Source: a virus
Length of the DNA stretch: 64,000 nucleotides
IMG/VR virus record: IMGVR_UViG_3300035666_000005
Span: 32,001 to 96,000 of that record
Strand: one strand, 5' to 3'
Each line of letters opens with the position of its first letter. Within the stretch, counting starts at the first letter, position 1. The notes beneath the pieces are model-generated. The model did no database searches. It was not told the origin of the DNA and saw nothing but the letters and a program-made list of their open reading frames with translations. This document shows positions 8,055 to 18,317 of this stretch, piece after piece. Position numbers and translations under genes: made by a program.

Positions 8055-9983
8055 ATGCGTAAAAAAAAATTGTTGTTCTTAACAGATTACGCTGGAGCTT
8101 TTACCGGTTTTGGTAAACAATGTAAGTTACTTTTAAGTTACTTATATAAAACTGGAAAATATGAAATATTAAATGCTGCCCAAGGTGTACAAACAAATGA
8201 TTTTTTAAATAAAAAATTTCCTTGGCAAACTATTGGTGTATTGCCAAACGATCCTAATAAAATTAATCAAATTAATCAGGATCCAAATTTAGCAAGAAAT
8301 GCTGCTTATGGTGTTCTAGAAATAAACAACATTGTTAAGAATTTTAAACCAGATGTTATTTTTTCTATTAACGATACCTGGGGATCTCAATTCGTTGTCG
8401 ATATGCCATTTTTTAATAAAATTCCCACTGTATGTTGGAATACTTTTGACTCTTTACCGCTGCTTCCAGATACTATACAAAAAGCCTCAAAAATTAAAAA
8501 TTATTGGACATGGAGTGATTTTGCACGAAAAGAATTTCAAAAATTAGGATTTAATCACGTTAAAAACCAATATCCCTTAGTTAATACTAATAATTTCTAT
8601 AAACTTCCGGATACAAAAATAATGGAGATCAAAGCTAAGTTTGGTCTTCCTCAAGATGCTTTTATAATAGGTTTTGTTTTTAGAAATCAGTTACGTAAAT
8701 TAATTAATACTCAAATAGAAGCATATGCGTTATTTAAAAAACATAATCCCGAAATAAAAAATACTTTTTTATATACTCACACTCATTATGGTGAGGGTTG
8801 GGATATCCATAGATTATGCCAACAATATGGAGTAAATCCTTTAGAAGTTTTATGCACATATATTTGTAAAGAAACGGGACAATATTTTATAGCTCCTTTT
8901 CATGGTCAAGATATTGAAAACCCTATCACCAAAAATAAGACTTTAATTACTGCTAATGTTCAATTTGGCGTTACAGATGAGCAATTAAATGAAATCTATA
9001 ATATCTTTTCGTTATATTCTCATCCAGCTACTTCAGGAGCTTGTGAATTACCATGTGTAGAAGCAGCTTTAACAGAAAAAATTATTACTACATGCGCTTA
9101 CTCTTTTGGGGAAGATATTATAGAATATAATAAAGGAAGTCTACCTATAAAATTTACTTTCTATACAGAACACGGTACTCAATTTTTAAAGTCACAACCA
9201 TCTGCTTACGAGTTATCAAAAATCTTTAAAAAAGTTTATGAAATGAAGCCCCAAAATAAATACAAGATGGAGCAAGAATCTAGAAAGTGGGCTATCGAAA
9301 ATTATTCTATAGAAATAAACGGAAGAAAAATTGAAAAATTCATAGATGAAGAAACTACATTATTATCTGAAGAGATATTTAATTTCTCAACCCAAGTAGA
9401 AAATAATGTAAATCCATCTGCTAAAATAGAAAATAATTCTGATAATAAAGTTTGGGTTAAATCATTATATAAACATATACTAGGAAGAGATGTAACAGAT
9501 CAAGATGAAGGATTATTACATTGGTTGCAAAAATTAGAACAAAATGTATCAAAAGAACAAATTGAAAATTATTTTCGACAAGTAGCTACAGAAGAATTAA
9601 CTAAAAATCCTCAACAAATCAATTTTGAAGATTTGTTAGATAAAAATGATAAAGGTAAAAGAATTTTAATGGTGATGCCGCAAAGCGCTGGGGATGTATT
9701 TTGGACAACGTCTTTATTTGAATCTATAAAAAATTTATATCCAGATTATAATTTATATTTTGCAACAAAAAAAGAATATATGGATATATTAGATGGTAAC
9801 AAATATGTTCATAAGGTAATTGAATATAACCCTGTAATGGATAATTTATTATGGTCAGAAGGGGCTGCTCAACATGAGGGATATTTTGAAATTACTTTTC
9901 TTCCATATATAGGAACACAAAAAATATTAAATTATTTACATAATGGTAAAGATAAATTAGATTTTAATATTAAAAATTTTTAG
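8055..9983 (+). CDS. multidomain glycosyltransferase: GT4-like + DUF4214-like + N-terminal half of a GT9-like domain
   Basis: TGFG, FKPDV, GFVFRNQLRK, SGACELPCVEAA; WVKSLYKHILGR...EGLLHW; KRILMVMPQSAGDVFWTTSLFESIKNLYPD...ILDGNKYVHKVI. Confidence 0.82.
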   Translation: MRKKKLLFLTDYAGAFTGFGKQCKLLLSYLYKTGKYEILNAAQGVQTNDFLNKKFPWQTIGVLPNDPNKINQINQDPNLARNAAYGVLEINNIVKNFKPDVIFSINDTWGSQFVVDMPFFNKIPTVCWNTFDSLPLLPDTIQKASKIKNYWTWSDFARKEFQKLGFNHVKNQYPLVNTNNFYKLPDTKIMEIKAKFGLPQDAFIIGFVFRNQLRKLINTQIEAYALFKKHNPEIKNTFLYTHTHYGEGWDIHRLCQQYGVNPLEVLCTYICKETGQYFIAPFHGQDIENPITKNKTLITANVQFGVTDEQLNEIYNIFSLYSHPATSGACELPCVEAALTEKIITTCAYSFGEDIIEYNKGSLPIKFTFYTEHGTQFLKSQPSAYELSKIFKKVYEMKPQNKYKMEQESRKWAIENYSIEINGRKIEKFIDEETTLLSEEIFNFSTQVENNVNPSAKIENNSDNKVWVKSLYKHILGRDVTDQDEGLLHWLQKLEQNVSKEQIENYFRQVATEELTKNPQQINFEDLLDKNDKGKRILMVMPQSAGDVFWTTSLFESIKNLYPDYNLYFATKKEYMDILDGNKYVHKVIEYNPVMDNLLWSEGAAQHEGYFEITFLPYIGTQKILNYLHNGKDKLDFNIKNF

Positions 9984-9984
9984 C

Positions 9985-10368
9985 ATGAAAATAGAAACCC
10001 CAATATCAGTAGGAGAATATATTGATAAATTATCAATTCTTTTGATTAAAAAAGAAAAAATTAATGATCCAACAAAACTAAATAATATAAAAAAAGAAAT
10101 AGATCTTTTACTGTCTAAAGCTAGTAACTTTAAAGCCCCAGAATTAAATTTTTGGACCGATAAAATGAAAGCTATCAATTTAGTTTTATGGGAAATTGAG
10201 GATCAAATTAGATTGAAAGAAAAAAATAAAGAGTTTGATCAAGATTTTATAAAATTAGCAAGAAAAGTTTATTATACTAATGACGAACGGTTTATCATAA
10301 AAAATGAAATTAATAAACTTTTTCAATCAGAAATTTTTGAACAAAAAAGTTACGAGGATTATAAATAA
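9985..10368 (+). CDS. DUF6165-family protein
   Basis: PISVGEYIDKLSIL.IK, LWEIED.IR, FI.LAR.VY.TND.R..IK.EIN, EQKSY. Confidence 0.8.
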   Translation: MKIETPISVGEYIDKLSILLIKKEKINDPTKLNNIKKEIDLLLSKASNFKAPELNFWTDKMKAINLVLWEIEDQIRLKEKNKEFDQDFIKLARKVYYTNDERFIIKNEINKLFQSEIFEQKSYEDYK

Positions 10369-11564
10369 TGCATATATTAGAACAGTACGCAGTTAATTGT
10401 GGTGTTAAAATCGGTAAGCCATATATATTTAAAGAATATGTTCCAATACCATTTGATAAGTATATTGTTCTTCATGCTGGTAGTGGGATGGAATCTAAAA
10501 ATTACGATTATTATGACGACATTGTTTCTTTTATTAAACCTTATTTAGATAAACAAAATATAAAAATAGTACAAATAGGCGGTGAAAAAGAAAGATTAAT
10601 TAAAAATTGTTATCATTTACTTGGCACTACAAAAAAACAACTTGCTTATATTATAGATAATAGTTTGCTTTATTTTGGTAATGATACGATCAGTTTACAT
10701 TTAGCTTCTTATTTTCAAAAAAAGATTGTTTGTGCTTCAAGTGTTCTTTTTGAATCATGTTTTTATCCATACTGGAGTAAAAAAGAAGACTATACGATAA
10801 TTAATTCAGATAGAAATGGTTTAAAACCTTCTTTTTCAAATAATGAAAACCCGAAAACAATTAATTTAATTAAAGCAGAAAAAATTGCAGAAAAAATTTT
10901 AAATTATCTTAGTATAAAACATGACAATTTACCAGTATCTATATATAGAGGAAAAAAGTATATTGAACCTATTATAGAAATATCTCCAAGTCAATTAATT
11001 GATAAAAATACTTTTAACAATTTTATTCTAAACATCCGTTTAGATTATTTTCCAGATTTTGATAATTTAAATCCAATATTGCAAAATTTGCAAATAAGAC
11101 CTTCTACAATAGTAACAGATCGTCCAATTAATTTAGATATTTTAAAGATGTTCAAAAAAAATATATTATCTATTATTTACGATGTGACAAATGATATTAA
11201 TTTAGATTTTTTATCTAAATTAAATAATTATGCAATTAAAACGCTTTTAATTTTTAAAAAGAAAGAAAAAGATACCGAAGAAATTTTAAAACAAAGACAA
11301 TTAAGTATTATTGATTATCCTAATATTATAGAACCTGTTATAATCAATAGTTTTGATTTTGATAAAATTGATATAAATAAATCAATTTATAGAACAAATA
11401 AAATACTTATTCATGATAATAAATTATTTACTAGTAGATTAGCTCAAATAGAAAATCAACCAAGTGAAATTATTGATAGTATTTTTGAATTAAAACTAAA
11501 TAAATTGAAAGATTTACCTTCGTTGAATGAAGATCTTGATTATGGATATATATATAGCTATTGA
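10368..11564 (+). CDS. GT9 (heptosyltransferase-like) C-terminal half plus unknown domain
   Basis: YIVLHAGS...KNY, IVQIGG, QLAYII...LYFGNDTISLHLAS; lacks the GT9 N-terminal domain. Confidence 0.75.
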   Translation: MHILEQYAVNCGVKIGKPYIFKEYVPIPFDKYIVLHAGSGMESKNYDYYDDIVSFIKPYLDKQNIKIVQIGGEKERLIKNCYHLLGTTKKQLAYIIDNSLLYFGNDTISLHLASYFQKKIVCASSVLFESCFYPYWSKKEDYTIINSDRNGLKPSFSNNENPKTINLIKAEKIAEKILNYLSIKHDNLPVSIYRGKKYIEPIIEISPSQLIDKNTFNNFILNIRLDYFPDFDNLNPILQNLQIRPSTIVTDRPINLDILKMFKKNILSIIYDVTNDINLDFLSKLNNYAIKTLLIFKKKEKDTEEILKQRQLSIIDYPNIIEPVIINSFDFDKIDINKSIYRTNKILIHDNKLFTSRLAQIENQPSEIIDSIFELKLNKLKDLPSLNEDLDYGYIYSY

Positions 11565-11589
11565 CATTTTTTTCAAAAACTAAGATAAT
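11561..11589 (+). promoter_or_regulatory. sigma70-type promoter (probably leaderless)
   Basis: TTGACA-17nt-GATAAT, 6 nt before ATG 11596. Confidence 0.7.
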
Positions 11590-11595
11590 CACTAT

Positions 11596-12351
11596 ATGTC
11601 AGAATATCGTTATGAATATCGTTATAAAGATACTGTTAATAAATTTAAAAGAGACGTTAATGGGCTTTTAGAATGTGTAGATTACATATTTAACCCAGAT
11701 AATACAATTAATTGGCGTTCAATGATTAATAAAGAACATCTTGTTCCTAACCGAGATGCGTTTAAAAATCAAAAAGATATTAATTTAAAAGAAATAGATA
11801 TCACATCTTTAGCAGATAATCAACTACTTATTCTTTTGGCTGGAATAAAAGAACTCGCTCAAATTCGGGGCTATACAAATGTTTCTTATGACGTTATTCA
11901 GGCCCAACCAGATTATGTAGCTGTTAAATGTACCATTAACTGGTTGCCAAATTATGAAACATCCATGGAACCTGTTTCGTTTTCAGCTTTAGCAGAAGCA
12001 CATCTTGATAATACTAAAGACTTTGCAAAAAACTTTTTAATGGCGATTGCAGAAAATCGAGCCTTTATTAGAGCAGTTAGAAGTTTTCTTAAAATTAATA
12101 TTGTTGGTAATGACGAAATGGGAAAAACAACACATATTGATTCCGAAATAGAATCAAATACATCTATTACTCAACCTATCGCATTGTTACAGAAAACTAT
12201 GGAAGAACATAATATTTCTTTTGAGCAAATTAAAGAGCGCGCAGTGCAAAAAAAGATGGAAAATGCAGAAAATTGGAAGTCAATAAATGATATTTCCCCA
12301 CTGTCTATGTTCACAATTATTAGCGGTATAAAAAATAAAAATAAAAAATAA
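11596..12351 (+). CDS. putative single-strand annealing protein (Rad52/Sak-like superfamily)
   Basis: LAGIKELA...AVKCTI...AEA...MAIAENRAFIRAVR...DEM resembles the SSAP AETRA..RA.R...EE motif. Confidence 0.5.
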   Translation: MSEYRYEYRYKDTVNKFKRDVNGLLECVDYIFNPDNTINWRSMINKEHLVPNRDAFKNQKDINLKEIDITSLADNQLLILLAGIKELAQIRGYTNVSYDVIQAQPDYVAVKCTINWLPNYETSMEPVSFSALAEAHLDNTKDFAKNFLMAIAENRAFIRAVRSFLKINIVGNDEMGKTTHIDSEIESNTSITQPIALLQKTMEEHNISFEQIKERAVQKKMENAENWKSINDISPLSMFTIISGIKNKNKK

Positions 12352-12367
12352 AATTAATACATTTTAA

Positions 12368-13345
12368 TTATATATTAGGAATTTTACTTACTGTTTTTGA
12401 ATAAACTCCCTTTTCTTCGTCATCTCCGCAAACTTTATTACATGGATTATCATCATTATTAGGGTCATCAGATGATTCTAATCTTTCTTGATCTTTTCCA
12501 TCCCAAAAAAATCTATCACAACATCTTTTTCCAGGTCTAATATCAATAATTACATTAGCAAATTGACTGATAGATTTTTGAGAATTTATTAAAGTAGTAC
12601 CTAAATTTGCTGTAGTTCCAGGGGCATTTAAATTAATAATAGGGATTGGTTGGAATATTGGACCTGGTGGTCCAGGTAATACTTGTGAAGAAATTGTATT
12701 TCCAAAAGCAGCTTTTCCGACGCCTACAAAAACTGTTACGTTAGGCCAATAAAGTCTTGTTTTTCTATAAGCATAATATTTTATATCAGAAAAATCTAAA
12801 ATAATAGATACATTATTTTTGCTAAAAACATGAACTGGTCCAGCAGAACATAATGTTCCTTCGTTTGGTTTATAAGTAAAAGCTTCTAATTTATTTGGAT
12901 CAATATTTTCATCTAAATCTAAAGCTTTGTCCCCACCAACATCTGACTGTGTTTCATTATTTATAATTCCTTCCCGTGCTTTTCTTACTCTTTTTGAATA
13001 TTTAGAATATATTTTTGTATATCCACGAGCTGTAGTAAAACTATCCGCTGGAGTTGAGATAGCCCCAAGACCACCTATTGCTCCTATTATTCCACCAGTT
13101 GTTCCGCCAGCACTAACAAATTCAGAGAAAGGATCTATAGAAGAAATAACGGAGGCAGTAACATTTATTTCAAAACTCTTAACTGTCCAATAAGTTGAAA
13201 ACATTTGATTAAAAGAATATCCTAACATTCTTGTGGAAAATGGTCGTGGAAAAATGTCCGGAGTTCCTTTTTTATCGTTATTCGGAATATGCAAGTTATC
13301 TGGATTGTAGGGAATGTTTCCTAAAAAATTAATATTAAAACTCAT
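12368..13345 (-). CDS. putative virion protein
   Basis: last gene of the structural operon; Gly-rich segment, Cys near the C-terminus. Confidence 0.5.
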   Translation of the reverse strand: MSFNINFLGNIPYNPDNLHIPNNDKKGTPDIFPRPFSTRMLGYSFNQMFSTYWTVKSFEINVTASVISSIDPFSEFVSAGGTTGGIIGAIGGLGAISTPADSFTTARGYTKIYSKYSKRVRKAREGIINNETQSDVGGDKALDLDENIDPNKLEAFTYKPNEGTLCSAGPVHVFSKNNVSIILDFSDIKYYAYRKTRLYWPNVTVFVGVGKAAFGNTISSQVLPGPPGPIFQPIPIINLNAPGTTANLGTTLINSQKSISQFANVIIDIRPGKRCCDRFFWDGKDQERLESSDDPNNDDNPCNKVCGDDEEKGVYSKTVSKIPNI

Positions 13346-13951
13346 TTAATTAAAATTTTCATTAATAGCATTTACATGTAATTGGCCATTAAAATAAGGC
13401 GCGGGAAAGATTACTGGAACACCGCTTACTACAGAAGCTAATAGTATAAAATTAGTATCTAAAATTTGTATAGGAGTTTTTTGATTTGTCTCCGGTTCTT
13501 GTATTTCTCCATTTTTATTGCTAGAATCAGATCTATATCCAATTAGTACATAACATTTTGTTTGAACTTTTCCGTCAATTAACTTTGTTACTTTTCCATC
13601 TTCATCTGTTTCGTCTACGGGTTTAATTTCAATCATATCAGGATAATTTTTCCAAGAATTATCATTACCAACCGTTTCACATTTAATTCTAGCCTCTGAT
13701 ACTTGTAAATTTGGTAATACATCTATTTCAATAAAAAATTTATCTTCTTTTCCTAAAGTATAAATCTGGCCAGTTCCCATTCCTTCTATTGGTACAAAAG
13801 TTCCAGTTCTAAAAGAAAATGTTGAAAAACAAACGCCTGGTTCTATATAATATTTATCTTCAGCGTCTTCATTCTTTGAGGCTGTAATTTTAAAAGGGGG
13901 CGATGTTCTTACAACTGTAACCGGTAAATAATTTGTAATTCCTCCTGCCAT
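13346..13951 (-). CDS. putative virion protein
   Basis: contiguous ORF in the tail operon. Confidence 0.5.
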   Translation of the reverse strand: MAGGITNYLPVTVVRTSPPFKITASKNEDAEDKYYIEPGVCFSTFSFRTGTFVPIEGMGTGQIYTLGKEDKFFIEIDVLPNLQVSEARIKCETVGNDNSWKNYPDMIEIKPVDETDEDGKVTKLIDGKVQTKCYVLIGYRSDSSNKNGEIQEPETNQKTPIQILDTNFILLASVVSGVPVIFPAPYFNGQLHVNAINENFN

Positions 13952-13962
13952 AATAAATTATA

Positions 13963-16900
13963 TTATTTTATTCCACTCAATCTAAAAATAATCCCATTAT
14001 TAGGTAATTCAGGATTATTAATATCATCTATAATTAAATCTACAATATCCGGGCTTTCGCTTGGTAAAGTATTTAAATAATTTAAATAAAAAACTCTTAA
14101 ATTAACATTTGTTGGATTTCTACCAAAATTACTTCGGTTAGCAAAAGATGTTCCACTAATAAAATTATTCTGTAGAAAACTTAAATAATTTCTTCTAAGA
14201 TTTCCACTTGCTATATCCCATACATCAAAAAATGTTCTTACTCCTGTAAAAGTAGGAACGTTTCCAATTATATTTCCTGATCCACTATTACCATAATAAA
14301 AACCGGTTCCTAAAATAATATCAGCAATATTACCAGTCATTAATGGGTCTTTAAGAATTATTTCTGTTGTCCCATTGTTATCTATATATCCAAAATTATA
14401 CAATCTTGGGTAAATATTAACACCAGAATTAAATTGTATAATTTCAATTTTATTACTAAGAGGGGTCAAATTTATATTACCAGACTCTCCTGGTAATATA
14501 CTAGTTAATTTAATATTTGTGTTAACAACTTCACCACTACAAAGAAAAATATTTTGAGAATCATTTATAATTGAAACCAGTGAAGCATTTGAGTCAAAAT
14601 ATGTTGGGGGCGGATATGCTGAAGAATTAGAATGATAAATTAAAGTATTATTATTAAGAGATAATATATCAAAATTATTTAAATTACTATAATTTACATT
14701 AAATATCACATTAGAAGTTATAAAACCAGTAGGTATTGAATAATATGGGTATATATTACCAACTGTAACTCCAGTAACAGCTACATTATTGTTAATTTGT
14801 AACTTTCCACCGCTAGTAAAACCAGTAACTTTTCCAGTAATCGGATAATATCCAATTACATCATAATCAATATATGGAATATTTCCTAAGGTTGTATTTA
14901 AAGTACCGTTTGAAATTCTTTCATCATAAATTGGGGGTAAATTATTTAATCTACCACCAAATAAAAGCTCCCTGTTAATAACATCTTTTTTAATAACTGT
15001 TGTCTGACCGCTAAGACGACCAAATCCAGTTAATATTCCACTTAAAGTTTTAGAAAAAGAAAGTAGTTGAGTTATAGGGTTATAAAAATAATAATCATTA
15101 TTTTGATAAATCATAACCCCCGTTCCGAAACCCGAAGTTGTTAGATATCCAGTCCCACTAATACTCGTGATTTCACCCATTACTTTATTAAATTTTACCG
15201 TTCTTTCGTTATTTTTAATAGATCTTATAAAAGGAGTATTAAAAAATTTATAAATACCACTTTCTTCAGGGATTAATGTATAATTAAAAATTCCACTAAT
15301 TTCAATAGGAACAATTCCCTGTACATCTATTGTATAATCAGCATTAATCGTACATATCGGATCACCACCATGAGCGGTAAAATTTGTAGGTTTTGCGGAA
15401 TATAAATTAATATTTTCAACAAAAAATGATTGTTTTTGAAAAAGATTTTCATTAAATAACCCACTAAAATTATATAGTGATATTTTATATTTACTATATT
15501 CGCTTGAATTATTAAAAAATTCCTTAGACAAATTCCAACCAGTTCTTATTATATGTAAATTACCAATAGATTTGTCATCTTCTCCAAGATTTTCGTCTCC
15601 ACCTCCACCGCCTTCTCCACCTTCTGGAGTTCCAGCTTCACATAATTGTTTTGCAGTAAATTTTGGAATTTGCTCTCCATTTGGTCCAATCTTATACTGT
15701 TGGCAATTTTTATTTGGCGCTGTAATTATAATATCTTTTGTTTTAATTTCTGGCGGACATAATGGATTTTTATTATAAATAACGACTCTTACGGGCTCTG
15801 AAGCTATTTGATCTTTACATAATATTCCAGAAGGAAGTTCTGCTTCGGGCAACTCTTCTTCTTTCTCCTCTTCTATAAATTCTTCTGGCTTAAGTTTTAA
15901 AGGTATTGGTTTTAAAATTTGCTCAACATCTTTAAAAGATTCATATAAATTAGTTTTTTGATCTAAGATGTTCCAACTTTGAGTATTTTTATTAAAGCCT
16001 TCTAATCTAATAATATCTGGGATTAAATAATTAAACCCATTATAAACACGGGCTGGAGGTAAACGTTGAGATAAAGAAAAAGATAAATCATAAGAAAAAT
16101 AAGATTCAAAATTTTCTATTTGAGGGTAGCCTCGAGAAGATATAAAATCTATTCTATTATTAAAATGATCAATAGGAATTTCTCCTGTTGGTTGGGTATT
16201 TTTTTTAAATTCTATTAATTTTCCAGTGATATATATTCCAGATTCAGAGCCAGATAGACATTCATATGGATACCAAATAGGATAAGTATTAAGAATATTA
16301 GCTTTTTCGTTTAACTTGCTAACTAAAGAATCTAATGAATTCCAATCATCTGGATATATTAATGTAAAACCTGTTGTTGGATATATAGGATCATTATTTA
16401 AATGATAATTTTTATATAAACCTGAATAATTATAATTATAAATATTAAACTTAATAGAATCTCCACTTAACCAATTATTATATAGAATATATCCAGATAA
16501 AGTAATTGTTGAATATTTAATACCAGGAGCCTCAACAGAATTTAATAAATTATTGTCCTTTGGTGGAACAATAACTTCTCCAGATCTAGCTCTTGCCGAA
16601 ATTCCAGACAAAAAATTCTGAAAAGAAAAAGTATCTATTAAATCTCCTGTATAACAAATCTCTTCCTCTGTAACACTTTCATATTCACAGGGAAAGAGTT
16701 CTTGGCATAAACTTTTGAAATTATCAAATGATAAAAAACCTAAAACACTATTAACTCCAGTATATAATTCTGGAGATTTTGCAGAATTAGATAAAAAAGC
16801 TCTACCCGTTTCTGTGTTTGCATCGATATTTCCAGTATAATAAAAATAACCAGAAAAAACTCCAGAAGCCACAATATTAATTGCATATGAAAAAATTTTA

Positions 16901-17334
16901 TTTGGAATCATCATTCCAGTACTAACATCGTAAGAAGCCCAAGCTTCATCATTTTTAAAAAAAGAATTATATCCTATATTTTTAGGTTTTTGTGGTCGAA
17001 TTTGTATTAATTGTTTATAGTAATTACCACTAATTAAATTAGTATTATTAATTCCATAATTAATATGAAATTTATTTTGATTGTTAATACGTGTTATTTC
17101 ATTATTATTGATAATAATACCCGCATTATTATTATTATAACCAGTTAAATTATATCCACTAAAATTATTATAATTATTTAACCAACTTTCATTATTTTCT
17201 AACAAATAACGTTTTAAAGTATTTGTTGGTGTAGAAAAAAATAAACCAGAGCCGGTTTCATTATATAATTTAATATAAGTATCATTATTAAAATATAATA
17301 AACCTGTTTTCAAACATTCATTTAAACATGACAT
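13963..17334 (-). CDS. large tail/baseplate structural protein
   Basis: 1123 aa, beta-rich, very many [ST]G dipeptides; GTGTAA element upstream. Confidence 0.6.
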   Translation of the reverse strand: MSCLNECLKTGLLYFNNDTYIKLYNETGSGLFFSTPTNTLKRYLLENNESWLNNYNNFSGYNLTGYNNNNAGIIINNNEITRINNQNKFHINYGINNTNLISGNYYKQLIQIRPQKPKNIGYNSFFKNDEAWASYDVSTGMMIPNKIFSYAINIVASGVFSGYFYYTGNIDANTETGRAFLSNSAKSPELYTGVNSVLGFLSFDNFKSLCQELFPCEYESVTEEEICYTGDLIDTFSFQNFLSGISARARSGEVIVPPKDNNLLNSVEAPGIKYSTITLSGYILYNNWLSGDSIKFNIYNYNYSGLYKNYHLNNDPIYPTTGFTLIYPDDWNSLDSLVSKLNEKANILNTYPIWYPYECLSGSESGIYITGKLIEFKKNTQPTGEIPIDHFNNRIDFISSRGYPQIENFESYFSYDLSFSLSQRLPPARVYNGFNYLIPDIIRLEGFNKNTQSWNILDQKTNLYESFKDVEQILKPIPLKLKPEEFIEEEKEEELPEAELPSGILCKDQIASEPVRVVIYNKNPLCPPEIKTKDIIITAPNKNCQQYKIGPNGEQIPKFTAKQLCEAGTPEGGEGGGGGDENLGEDDKSIGNLHIIRTGWNLSKEFFNNSSEYSKYKISLYNFSGLFNENLFQKQSFFVENINLYSAKPTNFTAHGGDPICTINADYTIDVQGIVPIEISGIFNYTLIPEESGIYKFFNTPFIRSIKNNERTVKFNKVMGEITSISGTGYLTTSGFGTGVMIYQNNDYYFYNPITQLLSFSKTLSGILTGFGRLSGQTTVIKKDVINRELLFGGRLNNLPPIYDERISNGTLNTTLGNIPYIDYDVIGYYPITGKVTGFTSGGKLQINNNVAVTGVTVGNIYPYYSIPTGFITSNVIFNVNYSNLNNFDILSLNNNTLIYHSNSSAYPPPTYFDSNASLVSIINDSQNIFLCSGEVVNTNIKLTSILPGESGNINLTPLSNKIEIIQFNSGVNIYPRLYNFGYIDNNGTTEIILKDPLMTGNIADIILGTGFYYGNSGSGNIIGNVPTFTGVRTFFDVWDIASGNLRRNYLSFLQNNFISGTSFANRSNFGRNPTNVNLRVFYLNYLNTLPSESPDIVDLIIDDINNPELPNNGIIFRLSGIK

Positions 17335-17379
17335 AATATATATAAAAATCCTTAAGCCTATAATAATTACACATTTTTA

Positions 17380-18306
17380 CTATATTTTTAGGTTTGCATC
17401 TCCTGTTTCAAGTAAATCCATCAAATTTACCAAATATTGAATTTGCCCACCCAAACCTAAAAAAGAATCAAGCGGAGACGACGAAGACGACGACGAAGAC
17501 GACGAAGACGACGAAGACGACGAAGACGACGAAGACGACGAAGACGACGAAGACGACGAAGACGACGAAGACGAAGACGACGACGAAGACGACGAAGACG
17601 ACGAAGACGAAGACGACGAAGACGAAGACGACGAAGACGACGAAGACGACGACGAAAAACATTCTTTTACGCAATCAGGTATATCATCATCTTTAATAAT
17701 AAAATCTGCAATATTATTAGTTATGTTAATATACTCAGGAGGAAATCCTCTTAAATCTAATTCAAAACTTAATTTCCCTAGAGAGTCATTTTCCCATTTA
17801 TTATTATTAAAAATTGGTAATTGAAAATTATAATTATTAGTGATTTCACCACTCCAACTGTAAAAATTATTTCTATCAAGCCCAGTAAAATCTAACCCTA
17901 AATAAGGATTTCCATCAGAATTTATTGGAAAATAGCCAGAAACACGAATCCCGAATGGATAATCTGTAAAACCAGTTCTCATTATTTCTGCATTTAAAAA
18001 GCCATCCTTTTCGTAACCGATAAATAAAGAGTTTGTAAATTTTACATCCGTTAATAATCTAGGATTATCAGACTCTTTAAAATAATCAATATATGTTAAT
18101 TTACTAAAATAGTGTCCAGTAGGTAATTCTTTTGTATAAGAAAATAAAACTGGTATAGCATTCTGGTCAAAAGTTAAACCGCCATTAGCAGATGCAATTT
18201 TTTGAAAAAAATTTCCCGTTCCACTTTGGAAAATATCAAAAATTAATTTTATGCCAGTATTTGGTACTTTAAAATTAAAATTAACTGGATATAAAATTTC
18301 GTTCAT
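17380..18306 (-). CDS. putative virion protein with a 60-residue poly-serine tract
   Basis: 308 aa; Ser run encoded at 17476-17655; GTGTAA element upstream. Confidence 0.7.
   Translation of the reverse strand: MNEILYPVNFNFKVPNTGIKLIFDIFQSGTGNFFQKIASANGGLTFDQNAIPVLFSYTKELPTGHYFSKLTYIDYFKESDNPRLLTDVKFTNSLFIGYEKDGFLNAEIMRTGFTDYPFGIRVSGYFPINSDGNPYLGLDFTGLDRNNFYSWSGEITNNYNFQLPIFNNNKWENDSLGKLSFELDLRGFPPEYINITNNIADFIIKDDDIPDCVKECFSSSSSSSSSSSSSSSSSSSSSSSSSSSSSSSSSSSSSSSSSSSSSSSSSSSSSSSSSSSSPLDSFLGLGGQIQYLVNLMDLLETGDANLKI
17476..17655. repeat. imperfect 9-nt microsatellite (GACGACGAA)n encoding Ser60 on the minus strand
   Basis: 180 nt made only of TCG/TCT codons. Confidence 0.95.
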
Positions 18307-18317
18307 AATCTTAATTT

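Noticed and set aside
17394-17696. Alternative-frame ORFs over the microsatellite (poly-TTK, poly-VVF, poly-DDE)
   Set aside because: By-products of a stop-free repeat; the Ser frame is continuous with a normal gene, and the DDE frame has an upstream stop and no start.
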